NCBI GenBank assembly: GCA_963699755.1
Contig: CAVOVB010000001.1
Coordinates: 1,664,001 to 1,728,000, forward strand
DNA from: an uncultured delta proteobacterium
Lineage (GTDB): Bacteria; Myxococcota_A; Polyangia; Polyangiales; Houyiibacteriaceae
DNA length: 64,000 nucleotides
Reading direction: 5' to 3'
The notes beneath the pieces were generated by a model. The model saw nothing but the letters and a program-made list of their open reading frames with translations. It was not told the DNA's origin and searched no databases. Made by a program: the position numbers and the translations under genes. This document shows positions 1 to 16,425 of the stretch, one piece after another (position 1 is the first letter of the stretch; every line of letters begins with the position of its first letter).

Positions 1-26
1 CCATGGGGGTCGAGTTAGCCGACTAA
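1..26 (+). CDS. rplK: 50S ribosomal protein L11, 3' end only (partial)
   Basis: atg ggg gtc gag tta gcc gac taa = MGVELAD*, resembling the L11 C-terminus (SMGxEV); directly upstream of rplA. Confidence 0.75.
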
Positions 27-77
27 CTCTGCGGAGCGATTGATTTCGCTCACCTGGACCACCCAGGCACCCAGTTG

Positions 78-112
78 GTGGTAGGCGGCTTCGAGTCGCC
101 GCAAGGAGTCAC
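78..112 (+). promoter_or_regulatory. Putative L1-binding autoregulatory stem-loop covering the rplA Shine-Dalgarno
   Basis: GTGG-TA-GGCGGC-ttcga-GTCGCC-GCAAGGAG-TCAC: two stems separated by a purine-rich internal loop that contains AAGGAG, immediately before the ATG at 114. Confidence 0.5.
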
Positions 113-113
113 G

Positions 114-812
114 ATGAAACCCGGAAAAAAGCGCGCGGGCGCATTACAGTTGCCCGACAAAAGCCAGCGCTACGCGTTGAGGGAAGCCGTCTCGCTCGTG
201 AAGGAGTTGGCGTTCGCCAGCTTTGACGAGTCGGTCGATGTTGCCGTTCGGCTTGGTGTCGATCCGAAGCACGCGGACCAAATGGTTCGTGGCGCTGTCG
301 TCTTGCCTCACGGGACGGGAAAGACCAATCGCGTTCTGGTTTTTGCGAAAGGCGAGAAGGTGAGCGAAGCGGAGGAAGCCGGCGCCGATTTCGTCGGTGG
401 TGATGATCTGGTCGCCAAGATTACCGAGGGCTGGCTCGATTTCGACACCGTCATCGCCACTCCGGACATGATGGGGCAGGTTGGCCGTCTCGGTCGCGTC
501 CTCGGTCCTCGTGGCCTCATGCCGAACCCCAAGGTCGGCACCGTGACCTTCGACGTGAGCAAGGCCGTTCGCGAGGCCAAGGCCGGCAAGGTCGAGTTCC
601 GCGTCGAAAAGGCGGGCATCGTCCATGCACAGGTGGGCAAGAAATCCTTTGGTGTGTCCGAGCTCGCGGGCAACGTGAAGTCGCTGGTGGGCGCGCTCGT
701 GAAGGCCAAGCCGGCCGCCGCCAAGGGGACCTACCTTCGAAGCATCACCTTGAGCTCCACGATGGGCCCCGGGATCAAGATTGACCCCGGAACCATCGAG
801 GTGGAGGCGTAA
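114..812 (+). CDS. rplA: 50S ribosomal protein L1
   Basis: [48 protein letters not shown] aaggag before ATG 114. Confidence 0.98.
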   Translation: MKPGKKRAGALQLPDKSQRYALREAVSLVKELAFASFDESVDVAVRLGVDPKHADQMVRGAVVLPHGTGKTNRVLVFAKGEKVSEAEEAGADFVGGDDLVAKITEGWLDFDTVIATPDMMGQVGRLGRVLGPRGLMPNPKVGTVTFDVSKAVREAKAGKVEFRVEKAGIVHAQVGKKSFGVSELAGNVKSLVGALVKAKPAAAKGTYLRSITLSSTMGPGIKIDPGTIEVEA

Positions 813-814
813 TC

Positions 815-1384
815 ATGAGGCTTACACGAGAAGACAAAGCGGCGCAGGCCGTCTCGGTCCGCGAGAGCTTCGCGAACGCGACAGCGACTGTCCTCGTCGA
901 TTTTCGTGGCGTGAACGTCGAGCTCATCACGGATTTGCGCGCTCGTTTCCGCGACGCCGGTGTCGAGTACAAAGTCGTCAAGAACAACGTCGTTCGAAAA
1001 GCACTGGAAGGTTCCGAGCTCGCCGACAACGACGAGTTCACGGCCCATCTAACTGGGCCAACGGCGATCGCCTGGAGCTTCGAAGATCCTTCGGCTGCGG
1101 CCAAGGTGATCAAGAACTTCCGTAAGGAGCACACCGACGTCCTTCAGCCCAAGGACGGAAACGCCAAGCTCCTCGTCAAGTGCGGCCTTCTCGAGGGCCA
1201 AGTTTTGGACGCGACGCGCGTCGAAAAAGAGCTCGCCTCGCTTCCGGGCAAGGATGAGATTCGTGCCTCGCTACTCGCGCAGCTCATGGCGCCCATGCAG
1301 AACCTGGTCGGCCAAATCAATGCACCGGCCCAAAACCTCGCTCTCGTTCTCGATGCGTACCGGCGCAAAGAGGCAGGCGAGTAA
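815..1384 (+). CDS. rplJ: 50S ribosomal protein L10
   Basis: VDFRGVNV..LRARFR..YKVVKN, LTGPTAIA, LASLPGKDE; position between rplA and rplL. Confidence 0.96.
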   Translation: MRLTREDKAAQAVSVRESFANATATVLVDFRGVNVELITDLRARFRDAGVEYKVVKNNVVRKALEGSELADNDEFTAHLTGPTAIAWSFEDPSAAAKVIKNFRKEHTDVLQPKDGNAKLLVKCGLLEGQVLDATRVEKELASLPGKDEIRASLLAQLMAPMQNLVGQINAPAQNLALVLDAYRRKEAGE

Positions 1385-1435
1385 CCCAACAACAACTTTA
1401 GCCGTGTCGCACGCACGGTTAGCGGAGAGTCAAGA

Positions 1436-1819
1436 ATGCCAAATATGAATGTGGAACAGATGGTCGAAGAGCTCAGCTCCTGGACTGTCATGGAAGTTGC
1501 AAACCTGGTCAAAGAGCTCGAAGAGAAGTGGGGCGTTTCGGCAGCACCGGCAGCGGTGGCCGTAGCGGGACCTGCCGGCGGCGGCGCTGCAGAGGCGGCC
1601 GAAGAGCAGACCGAGTTCGACGTCGAGCTGAGCGAAGCGGGTGCCAAGAAGATCAACGTGATCAAGGCCATCCGTGAGATCACTCAGCTCGGCTTGGCGG
1701 ACGCCAAGGCTTTGGTGGAAGCAGCTCCCAAAGTCGTCAAAGAGGCCGTTTCCAAAGAAGAGGCCGAAGAAATCAAAAAGAAGCTCGAAGAAGCTGGCGC
1801 GAAGGTCACCGTCAAATAA
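1436..1819 (+). CDS. rplL: 50S ribosomal protein L7/L12
   Basis: [51 protein letters not shown]. Confidence 0.98.
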   Translation: MPNMNVEQMVEELSSWTVMEVANLVKELEEKWGVSAAPAAVAVAGPAGGGAAEAAEEQTEFDVELSEAGAKKINVIKAIREITQLGLADAKALVEAAPKVVKEAVSKEEAEEIKKKLEEAGAKVTVK

Positions 1820-1835
1820 CCCTATGGGGTTATTT
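1814..1835 (+). terminator. Hairpin overlapping the rplL stop codon (possible terminator or attenuator)
   Basis: AAATAACCC-tatg-GGGTTATTT, a 9-bp inverted repeat. Confidence 0.4.
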
Positions 1836-1856
1836 CTCGGAGCCCTGTGTCGCGAC

Positions 1857-1884
1857 TTGACACATGGTTCGGTCGAGTTAGGTT
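1857..1884 (+). promoter_or_regulatory. Putative sigma70-type promoter for rpoBC
   Basis: TTGACA (1857-1862), 16 nt spacer, TAGGTT (1879-1884). Confidence 0.5.
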
Positions 1885-2033
1885 CTCGGCCGGGGCAGCA
1901 CCGGTTCGCGCAGCGCAGCATTCATGACTTTCCGCAACACGGCGGGAGGCCCAAGGGTCTCCTTGTCGTGCACTTGTCTCTTAATTCTTGGCTTTAGGGT
2001 TCCAGCAGCAGTGGTTCGGTAGGAGTCTCTCTC

Positions 2034-10385
<8,352 letters not shown>

Positions 10386-10400
10386 GCTCTCACCACTTTG

Positions 10401-11547
10401 GTGAAGAGCTATCTATTCGAAACGGACGAGCATCGCGCGCTGCGTGAACAGGTGCGGCGGTTCGCGGCTTCCGCGATCGCGCCGCACGCGCATGATTGGG
10501 AAGAAGCCAACGAATTCCCTCGCGAGCTCTATCAGCAGTCTGCGGCGGCCGGCTTCTTGGGGACGGGGTATCCCGAGGAGTTGGGCGGTGACGGCGGGGA
10601 CTTGAGCCACGTCCTGGTGGCCGCTGAAGAAATGGTGATCGCCGGGAAGTCGGTGGGGACCTGCGTGGGGCTCGGCAGCCACGGCATCGCCCTGCCGCCG
10701 ATCGTGAAGTTCGGGACACGACGCGCAGAAGGAGCGCTACGTTCGACCCACGCTACGCGGTGACAAGGTTTCCGCGCTGGGCATCACCGAGCCGGGCGGC
10801 GGAAGCGACGTCGCGGCGGTGACGACCAAGGCGGTCCGCGACGGAGACCATTACATCGTAAACGGTGCCAAGACGTTCATCACGTCCGGCACGCGCGCGG
10901 ACTTCGTGACCACCGCGGTGCGAACGGGCGGCGAGGGTCATGGCGGCATTTCGATGCTGATCATCGACAGCGACGCCCCGGGCTTCAGCGTGGCCGGCAA
11001 GCTCAAGAAGACCGGCTGGTGGGCCAGCGACACGGCCGAGCTCGCGTTCGAGGACTGCCGCGTGCCGGTGGAGAATCTCATCGGTCAGGAGGGCGCTGGC
11101 TTCCTGATGATCATGACCAACTTCGTCACCGAGCGCCTCATGCTCGCCGGCCAGTGTGTTGCGATCGCCGAGCTCGCCTATCGTGAGTCGGTCGCGTACG
11201 CCAAGCAGCGACACGCGTTCGGCAAGTCCCTATCGGGCTTTCAGGTGGTCCGGCACAAGCTCGCCGACATGGCGACCGACATCGCGGCCGCACGTGCGCT
11301 CACTGGGGAATGTGTCACGCGCTTCCTCAATGGAGAGCAAACGCCGTCCTTGGCGGCGATGGCCAAGAACACGGCAACCGACATGTGCTCGCGGGTCTGC
11401 GACCAGGCGGTTCAAATCCACGGTGGATACGGCTACATGCGCGAGTACGTCGTAGAGCGCCTCTACCGCGATGCACGCCTCTATCCGATCGGCGGTGGCA
11501 CCCGCGAGATCATGAACGAAATCATCAGCAAGGTCGAAGGCTACTAG
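10401..11547 (+). CDS. Acyl-CoA dehydrogenase (one apparent +1 frameshift at ~10718)
   Basis: N-terminal part YPEELGG; re-framed QKERYVRPTLRGDKVSALGITEPGGGSDV; NGAKTFIT, QIHGGYGYMREY, YRDARLYPIGGGTREIM. Confidence 0.92.
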
Positions 11548-12269
11548 GAAGGGGGGCGAGAACGCCCTCCAATGATGAAGTCCGCGATGATGGCGGAAAG
11601 CTTTTCTACGAAGGCTGGGCCGATTTCGGTGTGGTGCTGGGCGGCGATGCGTTGGACCGACTCTGCGACGGTTTCATCGGCGCGTTTCCAGGCATCGAGG
11701 AGGTCGGCCGCCAAGGCGTTCAGCGCTTTGGTCGAGGCTCGGTGCTCGGCATCCCGGTAGACACACAGGACGGTTCTATGGGGCTCGTACCCTGCGGCCG
11801 GCGTGGGCTTCTTCTGGACCGGATACTCGAGGCGGATGACCTCGAGCGCAGCACTGAGCACCGGCCTTCGGTCGAACGCGAACTCCGATTCGGGTTTTGG
11901 GTCCCGGGGTGCGTGCCGCACGTTCCAGCTGGCGATCTCGAAGCGCGCCAGCTCCGCCACCCAGGGTGCTTCCTGACCTTGCCAGATTGGAATCGCGAAA
12001 TCTGCCAGCTCGACGGGCACGTAGCGCAAGTATCGGGTTTTGGGTCCGCCCGTGCTCAGCCACTCGGAGACAGCACGACCAAACGCCTCGTCTCCGAGCG
12101 CCGCTTTGGTGCGAGCGAGGGCGACGCTGATCACCTGGACGAGCCTGTTCTGCACCAGCTCTCGATACACCAGCCATCGCTCGCGCGATCCCAGAAGCTC
12201 GAGGTCGGCTTCACTCGGTTCGGCGTCGAAGCAAACACGCTGCATGGCTTTGGCGCGATCAGCGAGCAT
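11544..12269 (-). CDS. DUF2063-like (HvfC/BufC-type) MNIO partner protein, putative RiPP recognition
   Basis: RWLVYRELVQNRL, F..AVSEWL..GPKTRYL, WVAELARFE, LEYPV; overlaps the DUF692 gene (coupled); ATG at 12269. Confidence 0.78.
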   Translation of the reverse strand: MLADRAKAMQRVCFDAEPSEADLELLGSRERWLVYRELVQNRLVQVISVALARTKAALGDEAFGRAVSEWLSTGGPKTRYLRYVPVELADFAIPIWQGQEAPWVAELARFEIASWNVRHAPRDPKPESEFAFDRRPVLSAALEVIRLEYPVQKKPTPAAGYEPHRTVLCVYRDAEHRASTKALNALAADLLDAWKRADETVAESVQRIAAQHHTEIGPAFVEKLSAIIADFIIGGRSRPPS

Positions 12270-13125
12270 GTCCGTCTTCCGTCGCGCGCCGATAGATCTT
12301 CCAGAGCTCATCGACCTCGGCCAACAGCTCGTCCAGTGGTGGCACGTTGTTGTCCCGCTCGAGCAGGACTGGCACGGGACCGATCTTTCGCAGCGTGTAG
12401 TCCAGGAGTTGATAGACGTCGTTCGGCACGGGTTCGCCATGGGTATCGATGCGAAGTCCGTCGTCGCGAATGAAATGACCCGCGACGTGGATTTGCACTA
12501 CGCGATCGGGCGGAATCTTGTCGATGTAGGCTTTGGGATCGAAGTCGAAGTTTCGACCGTTGACGTAGATGTTGTTGACGTCCAAGAGCAGCTTCGCATC
12601 TGCGCGTTCCAGCACCTCGACCACGAAATCGGCCTCGGCCAATCCATCCTCGCATTGCGGCGCGTAGTAGCTCGCGTTCTCCAAAGCCAGAGGCAGGTCG
12701 ATCGCGTCTCTCACTTCGATCAATCGTTGGGATGCGATTTGCGCCGCCTCGTCGGTGAACGGAAGCGGAAGCAAGTCGTGAAAGAAGCGATCTTCGACGC
12801 CCCCGAGACATAGGTGCTCGCTGTGCCAAGGAACCTCGACGTCAGACAGGAACGACCGCAGCTCCCGGAGGTAGCTGGCGTCGAATGGCTCGGGCGCGCC
12901 GAGGCAGGTGCTGAGCCCGTGGGTGACGATGGGCCAATCTTGCCGCGCGAGGTCCAGCATCTCCTGGTAACGGCCGCCTCGATTGACGTAGTTCTCCGGG
13001 TGAATTTCCAGCCACGAGACCGCTTCCGGCCGGCGTTCGAGCAGCTCGGTTGCAAGGTCGTAGCGCAAGCCGAGGCCGATTCCATTTACCCTGCTCTTCA
13101 CCTCAGCACTGATGTTTCGACTCAT
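12259..13125 (-). CDS. DUF692 family multinuclear non-heme iron-dependent oxidative enzyme (MNIO, HvfB/BufB-like)
   Basis: GLGLR, LEIHPENY, HGLS, SEHL, DLLPLP, LENASYY, LLDVNNIYVN, QIHVAGH, IDTHG, LLERD motifs. Confidence 0.95.
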   Translation of the reverse strand: MSRNISAEVKSRVNGIGLGLRYDLATELLERRPEAVSWLEIHPENYVNRGGRYQEMLDLARQDWPIVTHGLSTCLGAPEPFDASYLRELRSFLSDVEVPWHSEHLCLGGVEDRFFHDLLPLPFTDEAAQIASQRLIEVRDAIDLPLALENASYYAPQCEDGLAEADFVVEVLERADAKLLLDVNNIYVNGRNFDFDPKAYIDKIPPDRVVQIHVAGHFIRDDGLRIDTHGEPVPNDVYQLLDYTLRKIGPVPVLLERDNNVPPLDELLAEVDELWKIYRRATEDGHAR

Positions 13126-13135
13126 GCGGGTCCCG

Positions 13136-13175
13136 AAAAAAGACGAGCCGCGGCGACCAGTGCCGCCGCGGCTCG
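13136..13175 (-). terminator. Rho-independent terminator between the precursor and the MNIO gene
   Basis: Minus strand CGAGCCGCGGCG-gcactggt-CGCCGCGGCTCG-tcTTTTTT: perfect 12-bp stem followed by a U-run. Confidence 0.8.
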
Positions 13176-13221
13176 AAATACCGTGCTGCCCTTTTCGGGG
13201 CAGCTCGACGCGCGTGGACTG

Positions 13222-13463
13222 TTACTTCGCGCCGCCGCAGCTGCCTTCGCCGCAGGAAGCTTCTGCCGCGTCGCCTGCCTTTTCGGCAGCGTCGTCTTTC
13301 GCTCCACCGCAGCTGCCTTCGCCGCAGGAGGCTTCGGCCGCGCGGTCTCGGCGCCTGTCGTCGCCTCGGAGGCTTCCGGACCAGCGTCCGACTTGCATCC
13401 GGCCGTCACACTGAGTGCCGCAGTCGCCATCGCGATGATCGTGTGCTTGAGTGCTGAGTTCAT
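13222..13463 (-). CDS. Cys-repeat RiPP precursor lipoprotein (oxazolin/HvfA-like), ~80 aa after correcting one frameshift at ~13341
   Basis: MNSALKHTIIAMATAALSVTAG-C signal/lipobox, then in the shifted frame AEASCGEGSCGGAKDDAAEKAGDAAEASCGEGSCGGAK*; SD-like agagggt; directly upstream of DUF692. Confidence 0.85.
13235..13329. repeat. 23-bp direct repeat encoding the two SCGEGSCG cores
   Basis: ccgcagctgccttcgccgcagga at 13235-13257 and 13307-13329. Confidence 0.9.
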
Positions 13464-13729
13464 GTTTGTCTACCCTCTATTTGTTCGTAAGAGCATCGGG
13501 AGCATTGAAGCCGCTCCCCGGTGATGCAACGCGGCGTCAGGGACCAATCCCATGCCCCCGCTTCCCATGAAGGCACGCTAGCCAAAGCGATCGTGGGTCG
13601 CAATCTAAAAGCGAAGCGTGCGTCATGACATGCTCTACGTCCGTCGCGCCTAGATGTTTCGCCTGAATCGTGACGTCAGCCCACTGGCGATTTGCGTCGA
13701 ATACACCATAGATTTTCAGGACTTAGATC

Positions 13730-15116
13730 GTGTTGAACATCGGAAAGCTTGCAGGGTTGATTTGCCTCGTTTCCTGCGCTCACGGAGCGGATCGCGCTCC
13801 GATCGAGCCGCATTCGGGTGGGGTCGCTCACTACACGGTTACAATCTTTGACAACCTCGGCGGTGCTCGCGTTCGCGCATGCTTTTCCGGCTTGGCTTTG
13901 GCGGCGTTGGTTCCCATGGATAGGAGCGCTGCGAGGCAACTGCGGGGCGCTTGGATCGATGGCATCCCGCTCGAGACCCGTGACGGTCGAATCTTGCTCA
14001 GTCAGCAGTCCCGGCACATGTGCCTGGAGTACGAAACCCAGTTCGAAACGAGCCGGTTTGGGCTCGAGGATTCATCGGCTGTGGTCCTTTCGCAGAGCCA
14101 GTGGCTCTGGCGGCCCGAACCGTTTCCCCCGCAGGTCAACACCTCGGTTCGTTTCGCGGTTCCGGGCGACGGACAGGTATCGTTGGCATGGCCACGCTCT
14201 GACGGCGCATACCAGCCGAACCGAAATGCCTTCTTCGTCGAGACGTTTGGCGTCTTTGGGGCCTTCGACCTGCAGGCGTTCTCGGTCGCCAACACGCGTG
14301 TCGAAGTCGCACGTCTCGGGGCTACGCCACTCGACCGGGACGTTCGCCGCTGGCTCACTCGGGCGGTTCAGACCACTGCGTCGGTGGGCGGGCGATTCCC
14401 CAGTGACCGTCTTCAGTTCGTCATCGTCCCCGTTGACGACCCAGGCGCCGAGGTCGCCTTTGGGATGGTGCGACGGGGCGGTGGCTCGTCCATTCTTCTG
14501 CTTCCGTCCGTCCATGCCCAAGTGGTCGAGCTCGAGGCGGATTGGGTGGCCATTCATGAGCTCTCGCACCTCTGGCTGCCGCGGTTGCACGCCAAAGACC
14601 GCTGGCTCTCCGAGGGGATTGCGACCTATCTCCAGGAGGTGCTCCGCGCTCGATGTGGCCTGCAGAGCAGCGACCGCGCTTGGAGCCGCATCCGCGAAGG
14701 CTTCGAGCGCGGCCGGCGTTCCGGCGACCGCGCAACCCCTCGCCGATGAGAGCCGGAGCATGAACCGGACTGGAGCCTACCAACGTGTGTACTGGGCAGG
14801 CACCGCGTTCGCGCTCGAAATCGATCTCCGGCTTCGTCGCCTCAGCAATGGAGAGAGCACGCTCCTCACCGTGCTCAACGATGCGCAGCACAATTGGCGA
14901 GAAGAGGCCCGCTTGGTCAGCGCATCGCGCGTCCTTGCGGCACTCGAAAAGGCAAGCGGGGTAGACTTCATCGCGGCGCTCGGCGACCGGTATGCCGCAA
15001 GCTCCGATTTCCCCGACACGAGCTATGCAGATTCGCCCGAATACGACGAACTTCGCGCTCAGATCAGCGCGCAAGTCGATGGAAGCTGCACGGTCAGCGG
15101 CGAATCGTCGCGATGA
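13730..15116 (+). CDS. Putative lipoprotein gluzincin metallopeptidase (M61/MA-like); apparent +1 frameshift at ~14726
   Basis: LICLVSC lipobox-like; HELSH followed by WLSEGIATY; continues in the other frame with YQRVYWAGTAFALEIDLRLR. Confidence 0.75.
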
Positions 15117-16425
15117 TCCGATCCCGAGGGGTAGGGCGGCGGTTTGCAATTCCAATTGCTGAAGCGGCGCGGTTGGCGCCTGGCCCTAGCAACGCAACGC
15201 GCGACGCATACAAGGTGGCTAGCGCGTCACCCTCCCGGACTTGGTCGCCGCGACGCACGTGCAATCGGATCCCGGCTCCCCAGTCTACCGCGTCCTCGGA
15301 ACGGCGGCGGCCTGCGCCCAGACCCATCGATGCATACCCGAGCTCGAGGGGATCCAGCTCCGCGACGTAGCCAGCTTTGGTCGCACGAATGGTCGACCGG
15401 TGACGCGCAAGCGGGAGTCGATCGGGTGCGTCCACCACGGCAGGATCGCCGCCTTGTGCGGCGACGATTTGCCGCATCTTCTCGAGGGCGCTTCCGTTTT
15501 TGACGGCTAGCTCGACGCGTCGTCGTGCCTGGGCCTTGGTTTTTGCGACGCCCGCGGCCCGCAGCATCTCGACCGCGAGCTCGTAGCTCAGGTGCCGCAG
15601 ATCGTCGGGCCCTTCTCCGTGGAGAATTTCGAGCGCCTCGCTGGTTTCGAGCGCATTCCCGATCGTGTAGCCAATAGGGCTGTTCATGTCGGTCAGGAGC
15701 GCGGAGACCCGTTTGCCAGCGAGGCTTCCAACGCGCACCAAAGATCGCGCCAGCGCCCTCGCATCCGACACGGTCTTCATGAACGCGCCGCGACCGACTT
15801 TTACATCCAATACCAGCGCGTCGATTCCCTCCGCCAGCTTCTTCGACAGAATGCTCGAGGTGATCAGGGGAATCGATTCGACCGTTCCGGTGACGTCCCT
15901 CAGTGCGTAGAGACGCTTGTCGGCCGGTGCTAGGTCGCCGGTTTGCCCGATCAGCGCGCAACCGATCTTTCGGAGTTGAGCACGGAACTCCCGCACCGAA
16001 AGATCGACCCGAAATCCGGGAATCGCTTCGAGCTTGTCGAGTGTGCCTCCTGTATGTCCAAGGCCTCGACCGCTCATCATGGGTACCGCCACCCCGCAGG
16101 CCGCGACGATCGGTGCGAGGCAGATGCTGACCTTGTCTCCGACGCCGCCCGTCGAGTGCTTGTCCACCTTGGGAGCATCGAGCTCGTCGAGGCTCAGGAC
16201 TGTGCCGCTGTCTCGCATGGCGAGGGTCATCGCGACCGTCTCGTCGAAGTCCATGCCCCGAAAATAGATCGCCATCGCCAGGGCGCTCATCTGGTAGTCA
16301 GCGACCGAGCCGTTCATGAAGCCGGCGATCAGAGCACGGATGTCCTCATCGCTGAGCCTGTTTCCCTCACGTTTGCGAGCGATCAACTCCGGGACGGCCA
16401 GAAGGTGTCGCTTCGTTCGAGCCAT
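15094..16425 (-). CDS. pdp: Thymidine / pyrimidine-nucleoside phosphorylase
   Basis: DKHSTGGVGDK, SGRGLGHTGGTLDKLEAIPG, LAPADKRLYALRDVTGTV, SILSKKLAEG. Confidence 0.95.
   Translation of the reverse strand: MARTKRHLLAVPELIARKREGNRLSDEDIRALIAGFMNGSVADYQMSALAMAIYFRGMDFDETVAMTLAMRDSGTVLSLDELDAPKVDKHSTGGVGDKVSICLAPIVAACGVAVPMMSGRGLGHTGGTLDKLEAIPGFRVDLSVREFRAQLRKIGCALIGQTGDLAPADKRLYALRDVTGTVESIPLITSSILSKKLAEGIDALVLDVKVGRGAFMKTVSDARALARSLVRVGSLAGKRVSALLTDMNSPIGYTIGNALETSEALEILHGEGPDDLRHLSYELAVEMLRAAGVAKTKAQARRRVELAVKNGSALEKMRQIVAAQGGDPAVVDAPDRLPLARHRSTIRATKAGYVAELDPLELGYASMGLGAGRRRSEDAVDWGAGIRLHVRRGDQVREGDALATLYASRVALLGPGANRAASAIGIANRRPTPRDRIIATIRR

Noticed and set aside
10401..11547. Acyl-CoA dehydrogenase as a RiPP tailoring enzyme
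   Set aside because: Convergent with the cluster, typical ACAD sequence and apparently linked to rpoC
13122..13463. 113-aa ORF as given in the ORF track
   Set aside because: Its 3' half is out of frame with the Cys repeats and runs through a terminator; replaced by the corrected 13222-13463 gene
13464..13729. Sigma54 or ECF16/SigF promoter for the RiPP precursor
   Set aside because: GGCACG lacks a correctly spaced -12 GC, and a CGAA is present without a convincing -35; not supportable
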